NCBI GenBank assembly: GCA_028534125.1
Contig: CM052834.1
Span: forward strand, 806,001-870,000
Length of the DNA stretch: 64,000 nucleotides
Source of the DNA: Lama glama
Taxonomy: Eukaryota
Reading direction: 5' to 3'
A model generated the notes under the pieces. It saw nothing but the letters and a program-made list of their open reading frames with translations. It was not told the origin of the DNA and ran no database searches. Positions within the stretch are counted from its first letter, which is position 1. The number at the start of each line of letters is the position of its first letter. A program made the translations under genes and the position numbers. Shown one piece after another: positions 58,590-64,000 of this stretch.

Positions 58590-58870
58590 CCTCCAGCAGC
58601 AGCCAGAATGACCTTTTAGAAATACGAATCACGAATCAGGCCCTGTCACTGTCCCAGTTAAATCTCTTCGAAGTTCAGGCTCTGGCACAGCCCGTGAGCC
58701 CGCGTGGACCAGCCCTCCCACTTCTCTGAGCCTCCTCCCTCAGTCCGGTCCAATGCTCGCCTGTCGCCCTGGTCCCGTTTCGCTCAGACATGCTCAGTTT
58801 TCACCTGCCGCAGTGCCTTTGCGCGCACTCAGCAGGCCGTTCCCTCTGCTCTCTGCTGCGGATTCCTTCT
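58590..58870 (+). mobile_element. L2 fragment
   Basis: cagcagccagaatgaccttttagaaat...gcctttgc...gccgttccctctgc. Confidence 0.55.
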
Positions 58871-60097
58871 CAGATCTCCTCCCGACCCCCACCTCCTGTC
58901 TAACCAGTCAGACTGGAAACCCTGGCAGCCAGCAGGCTCCCCACCCATCTCCCTGCCTCCGTGTTATCTCTGACTGGAGAAGCCCAACCCCTGGCACCGG
59001 AAGGCGTCCCAATTAGCCATGTGTGCAGAAGAGGTGTGGGGCCGCAGGCCTGCTTCGCCAGCACGACCTCCCTCTTTGGCCTCTGCGCCTTCAGCCGTGC
59101 ACAGAGGGGGTCACTCTCCAGGACCGGCCTCAGTACACACATCACCATCCCAGCTGGTGACAGGGCGGAGGAACAGCAGTTCACACGTGCAAAGGCGAGG
59201 GCCACACACGCACTTCCTCCTCGGGTCCCACGCATCCTTGCGCTCAGCGGTCCTGCGGCGCAAAGGAAGGGCTTTCTCTCCGGCCGACGGCCACCCAAGA
59301 TCTTCTCAGAAGCGCTCGTCTTGCTGCAGGGACCAGGCGCCTACGTTCCCTTTAAGAGCGTAGCAGCCGACCTGAAACAGAAACCGAGCTTTCTCTGCCC
59401 ATTAAAGGCCAAATGAGTAGAAAGCAGAAGGCCATTAATCTTCTCTATCTGGTGCGTGAGGCAGATGGCAGGAACGCTCTGATGGGTTAGACGCTGTCTC
59501 AGTCTCAGGAGATAGCGAGGGCCTGCCACCACCAGCCCGGTGGGGCTCACCCTGGGGAGGTGGGGGTCTGGCTTAGCCCTGGGCAGACTGGTGGTGGACT
59601 GGCTCAGCAGCCACTGGCCGCCGCCTCCGTGCCCTGCTGTCCCCTGGGGGCTCGGAGCCGAACACCCCCGTCCAGCCTCCCTGTGTCCAGACTGGTGGGG
59701 CCGTGGGCTCGGCCAACTCAAGACCCGCTGACACTGAGTCAGGCGGGGGGGCATTGATTTCAACATTCTCCCTCTGTAGGGACAGACAGGCTCTGGCCGT
59801 GGCTTCCTGGTCCCTGGACCGTGGACACGGTGGTGTGGTCGCGAAGCCAGCTCCCGGCACAGCAAGTCCTGACGCTTCAGCTGACACCAGAGTCCCAGCG
59901 CTCACAAAGGTCCGCTCCCCGGTGCGGTCTGAGGTCACGCCTGGAGGCCTTGCCCCCAGTTCTCATATTAAGTGTCCTTCCTCTTAAAACGGCCACAGCA
60001 CTGTCTGCTGCAGGTCTGAACTCCAACTGACCCAGGCGGGCTGCCGCGCACCGGCCCGTGGAACTCCTGCCACGGTGGGGGTAAGAAGAATTCTGGG

Positions 60098-60250
60098 GGT
60101 CCGATATGGTGGCCACCAGTCAGGAGCTTTTCAGCCCTTGAGGTGCAGCCAGTCCAACTGAGGAGCTGCACTTTAAATCTCATTTAATTTCAGTTAGTTT
60201 ACATGTAAGCAGCCTCACGTGGCCAGGACCCGCCACTGCGGACGGCCCAG
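60098..60250. mobile_element. MER3-like hAT-Charlie non-autonomous DNA transposon
   Basis: gtccgatatggtggccaccag...actgaggagctgcactttaaatctcatttaattt...cacgtggccag...cggacggccc, a quasi-palindromic MER3 layout. Confidence 0.7.
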
Positions 60251-63200
60251 GTCTATGCGCAGAGGGAGTCGCGATGGCAGGCCCAGACGAGGAGGGAGAA
60301 GCAGTGAGAAACGGGGGACAGCGCTGGATCCCACTTGCGAGGGAACTGAAGACAGCGATCGAGGCCTGCTTCAGAGCTGCTGGGTGGGCGGGTTTTCTGA
60401 TCGGGAAATAACCACCCAGGCAGAAAGACGTATTTCAAAGCACAAGAGAGTCTAAGATCCAACAAACAACACAGAAGCGAAAAGTCACTTTTCAGGGCTA
60501 ATACTCTCAACAAATGAATGGGACACTAATTTCCCCAGTGGGCAGACGGGGAAGCTGACATTTCCCCCCAGACAAGGGGGCCCACGGGAGCCCCAGGACA
60601 TCCCAGCTGGATGGAGGCCCCTCCCCAGACCGAGCACCCAGAGGGTCCACCGCCCCCTTCTCTTACCTGAGCTGTTTCCGCACCATTGCCAACAGCATCC
60701 CCTCGGTCTCTCTGCCCTCCTCATCCCAAACCCTCTACAAACACAGCTGATGGGAGACTGAGACGCTCAGAACGGGTCCACGGCCGTGGAAGTCAAATCT
60801 CCACAACAAAGAGACCAGGGTGAGGGACTGCGGACAGCTGTGGCCACCCCCTCAACTCTGGGGTCGGGCGCTGCCTTAATAGCCCGCCTGTCTACGCTCC
60901 ATCCCACCTCTCTGGGGCGGGGCAAAGCAGAGACCCCGGCGCACCTCAGAAGCCCAGGCCAATGGCAAGGGGACCAGCAATCACACCCCGGCGATCCAGC
61001 GAACTCAGCCTGTCCCCTGCTCTCCACGGAGAGCACATGGGGAGGAAGCCTGGGAGGGACCCCCAGAAGCAGACCAGCCTCCTGCTGCAGAGGACCCTCA
61101 CCCGAAGGCCGACCCCTCGTGGTACTCAGGGTCACGCTGACCTCAGAGAGCAGGAGCAGGAGCAGGAGCACAGCCGGGAAGCAGACACAGACCCGCACGA
61201 GCAGCCAAGAGCAACGGGGAGGAAAGCCTTCTTCCGCTGACTTCCCGGCAGGGGTGGCGGTGGGGGAGCCTGTCCCCACCTGCTGATGGCAAACCTGAGT
61301 CGCAAGGCCTCGCGGAGGGCTCGCTCAAGCTGACTGGGAGTCAGCCTTTCGCTCATCGAGGGTCAATGCCAAGCGGCCACGGCAGCAAAGGGCAGACCAG
61401 GCCCCGACGGAGGTCGGATCCAGCTAGAAAAATGGGGAATCCCCCAGGTGGCTGGGGTCTGGGGACAGGCGCGGCGCAGAGAGCGGGAGGAGGGTCACAG
61501 AGGCCCCGAGCAGCGGCGACGGGGCCCAGACACCAGCTCCCGCTGCCCTTCAGTGGGCCAGCGCCCAAGGACCTCACCCCCACGCAGGGCCCTCCTCCGG
61601 CCCTCCCAACGACCCAGGAGCCCCTTGCGGGCAGGAACCAGCCCTGTTGGCTCAGAAACCCTCGCACATGCTTGTCACCCAGGAGGTGCTCAAAGCATGG
61701 CGGCTGCAGGGAAGTTCTGCAGAATTTCTGTTCAGGCTTCACTGATTTCTGAGCAGAAGTTCACAGGGAAGATGTTATTCGATAACGCGGATCAGTGTGT
61801 CTGCCAAGTGGCAGACGTGTTTATGTCCTCGTTCAGTGGTTGCTGCCTGTCCCCACCGGAAAGGAAGCCCAGGAAACAGGCACCCTCGTCCACCTCGTCC
61901 ACCCAACTCACTACTCGGTCCCCAGCCCACAACGCCTGCGTGGGACGCGCGCACACGAGAGGCGTGTTGAGTGGATGAATGAGCGGATGTCGCGGAAGGT
62001 AACTGTCCCGCGGCCTTGTTCCCCTTCACATTCACCACTTAGACTCTGGCCCCGTGATACCAAGGGGTTTGCTGCTCTGGACCCATTTTATTGCTGGAAA
62101 AACAGAGACACAAGGTTTCCAAACATCAGAACCGAACACCGGAGTCAGGGCTGCTTTGGGAGGAGAGTTTTTAGCAGATTCAGTGGCCAGGACCTCCTTC
62201 CTCCTCACCACCGGGGAGGGCGGGGCACAGGACAGCCCAGTCCCCTCACGGACACCCGCCTGCCGGCCTACTTCACCCACTGAGGGGGGCAGGGCACCTT
62301 CGGGAACCAGCAGTAACTCCCCGACTCCATCCCATGCGGGCCAGCGCCCAGCCCCATGGCCACGGCTCTGACTCCGTGGAAGAGCGGGTGCCACCCCGCT
62401 GAGGCCCAGACTCAGACCCTCGCGGCTGATGGCCCTCCCGATCCCCCGGAGAGAAGGTCTGACTGCGCCCCACCGGGGACGGGGAGGCTGAGCTCTGGAA
62501 CCCTGCCCAGGCGGCGGGAGCAGGAGCCGACAGACCCGGTCGGCAGAGCGATGCAGCACTGCCCAGAGCCCCCAGGCCTGAGTCGTGCCGCCGTCGGACC
62601 ACCAGCCCTTCGGAGAAGTGGGAGCAGAGCCGGGCGCGGGGGGAGCACGCGGCTTTCCTCCAGCCACACGGCTCTCGCCATCAGAACCCGGGCCCCCGAC
62701 CCTACGACCGCATTCACTGCACCGGCCTCCCCGCCGAGCTCCGAGTGCCACAGCTTCCCCGGGGCTCGGTCTGCTCGTCTGCAGAACAGAGGACAGCGCG
62801 TCCCTCCCAGGCCGGCCGTGGAGACGAGTGAGATTCTGCCTGTGGAAGCGCGGCTCAAATATGAAGCGCTGCCTAATAAGGACCACGCTCCTCGGGGCCC
62901 AAGGGAAAGTCCCAGTCTTCTGCGACGCGAAATAAAGCATGAAGCCTGTTTTACAGAAAACAGAAATCTTTTCCCCACAAGCACACCTCCTCGTTAAGCA
63001 ACCACCTCTTAAAAATCGCGGCGTCTCACACACAAAGATTAAGCGTGTCGCTGTGTGGAAGAGTGACTCTCCAGAGAATTCAGGACACGGAGAATTCCAG
63101 AGATTCCTGCAAACCAGGCTCCCTTTCCCAAGGCGCTGTGTCAGTGGAAGGCTCTGAAATTCTCCCATCGCCAGCGGGATGTGCTGGGGGCCGGGGGCCC

Positions 63201-64000
63201 CGCGCACGTTCACACACCGCACACACCGCACACACCAGCACACGCCCGGCAGCCTCTCCGGCCTCCTCCTGGACGCGGATCATCACCGCGGTGGGACAAA
63301 GCAGCACGTGGGCCCTGAACGTGACAGGCCACCCCACAAGCACGCTCCGCATAAGCACAGCGGTTCTTTCGTTTAGAAAAGTCAGTGCCTTTTGTCCCAT
63401 GAATCCTCACAAAACCAGACGGCCGGCAGGCGAGAAGATGGAAGGCGATGAAAAGTGAGCCCGCGGCCCTGAGGCGGCCGCTCCCCGGAAAGACTACGCT
63501 TCAGACAGACACGAAGCCACCGTGACTCCCCCAGAGTCTGGGGAAGAACTGGAAGTGGACGCGGCTGGGCTCCCGGCTCCGTCGCCCCTTGTCCTGGGCT
63601 CACGGGCAAATCGCTCTCGACTCCCTCGTCTTCAGAGTGAGAAGGCTGCGCCAGACGCCGTGATGCTCGGCTTCCAGAACCCTGTGGCCCGGGCCATCCC
63701 CGCCCCCGCTGGTCTAACCCCCCTCAGCCCCTGGGTGCCTGGGTCTCCTCCCCAGTGGCCCCGAGGACCAGGGCTGGCGGGGTGCAGCCCGACACCCACG
63801 CCCTCCGCTCGCCGGTCGGGTGCTCGGTCTGGGAGCGTGTGCCCCGCTGCCCCACGTGGCCTGGGCTGACAGAGCAGGTTCAGCTCCGGGGCCACGCAGC
63901 AGGAGGGCTAGCAGAGCACAACCTCGGCCCCCTCCTCTTCTGGTTGATTATCCCAGGGTCTTCCCAGGACGTCAGAGTCTCAACGTGGCTTAAGGGACGC

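Noticed and set aside
62032-63243. 403-aa minus-strand ORF as a possible alternative first exon
   Set aside because: No similarity to known Cav1.2 N-termini and low-information composition.

Overview
Mammalian genomic DNA, very GC- and CpG-rich, lying entirely inside CACNA1C (Cav1.2 L-type calcium channel alpha-1C) on the minus strand. A camelid-like L1 3' end suggests alpaca or camel, from recall of the consensus. The window holds the last ~10 kb of intron 1 (53733-64000), coding exon 2 (53411-53732), a minor-spliceosome (U12-type, GT-AG) intron 2 (49956-53410), coding exon 3 (49850-49955) and the first ~50 kb of the very long intron 3. The rest is ancient repeats (MIR, L2, L1/HAL1, MLT1, MER3), microsatellites, a 921-nt assembly gap and some AT-rich islands that look like enhancers. 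The hundreds of other ORFs are GC-content artefacts. I found no new gene system. The two most notable signals are the U12 intron and a locus-wide AT-to-GC substitution bias. That bias is visible in repeat fossils and synonymous sites, and it appears to have changed two N-terminal residues of the channel. Repeat family calls and cross-species comparisons are from memory, not from searches.
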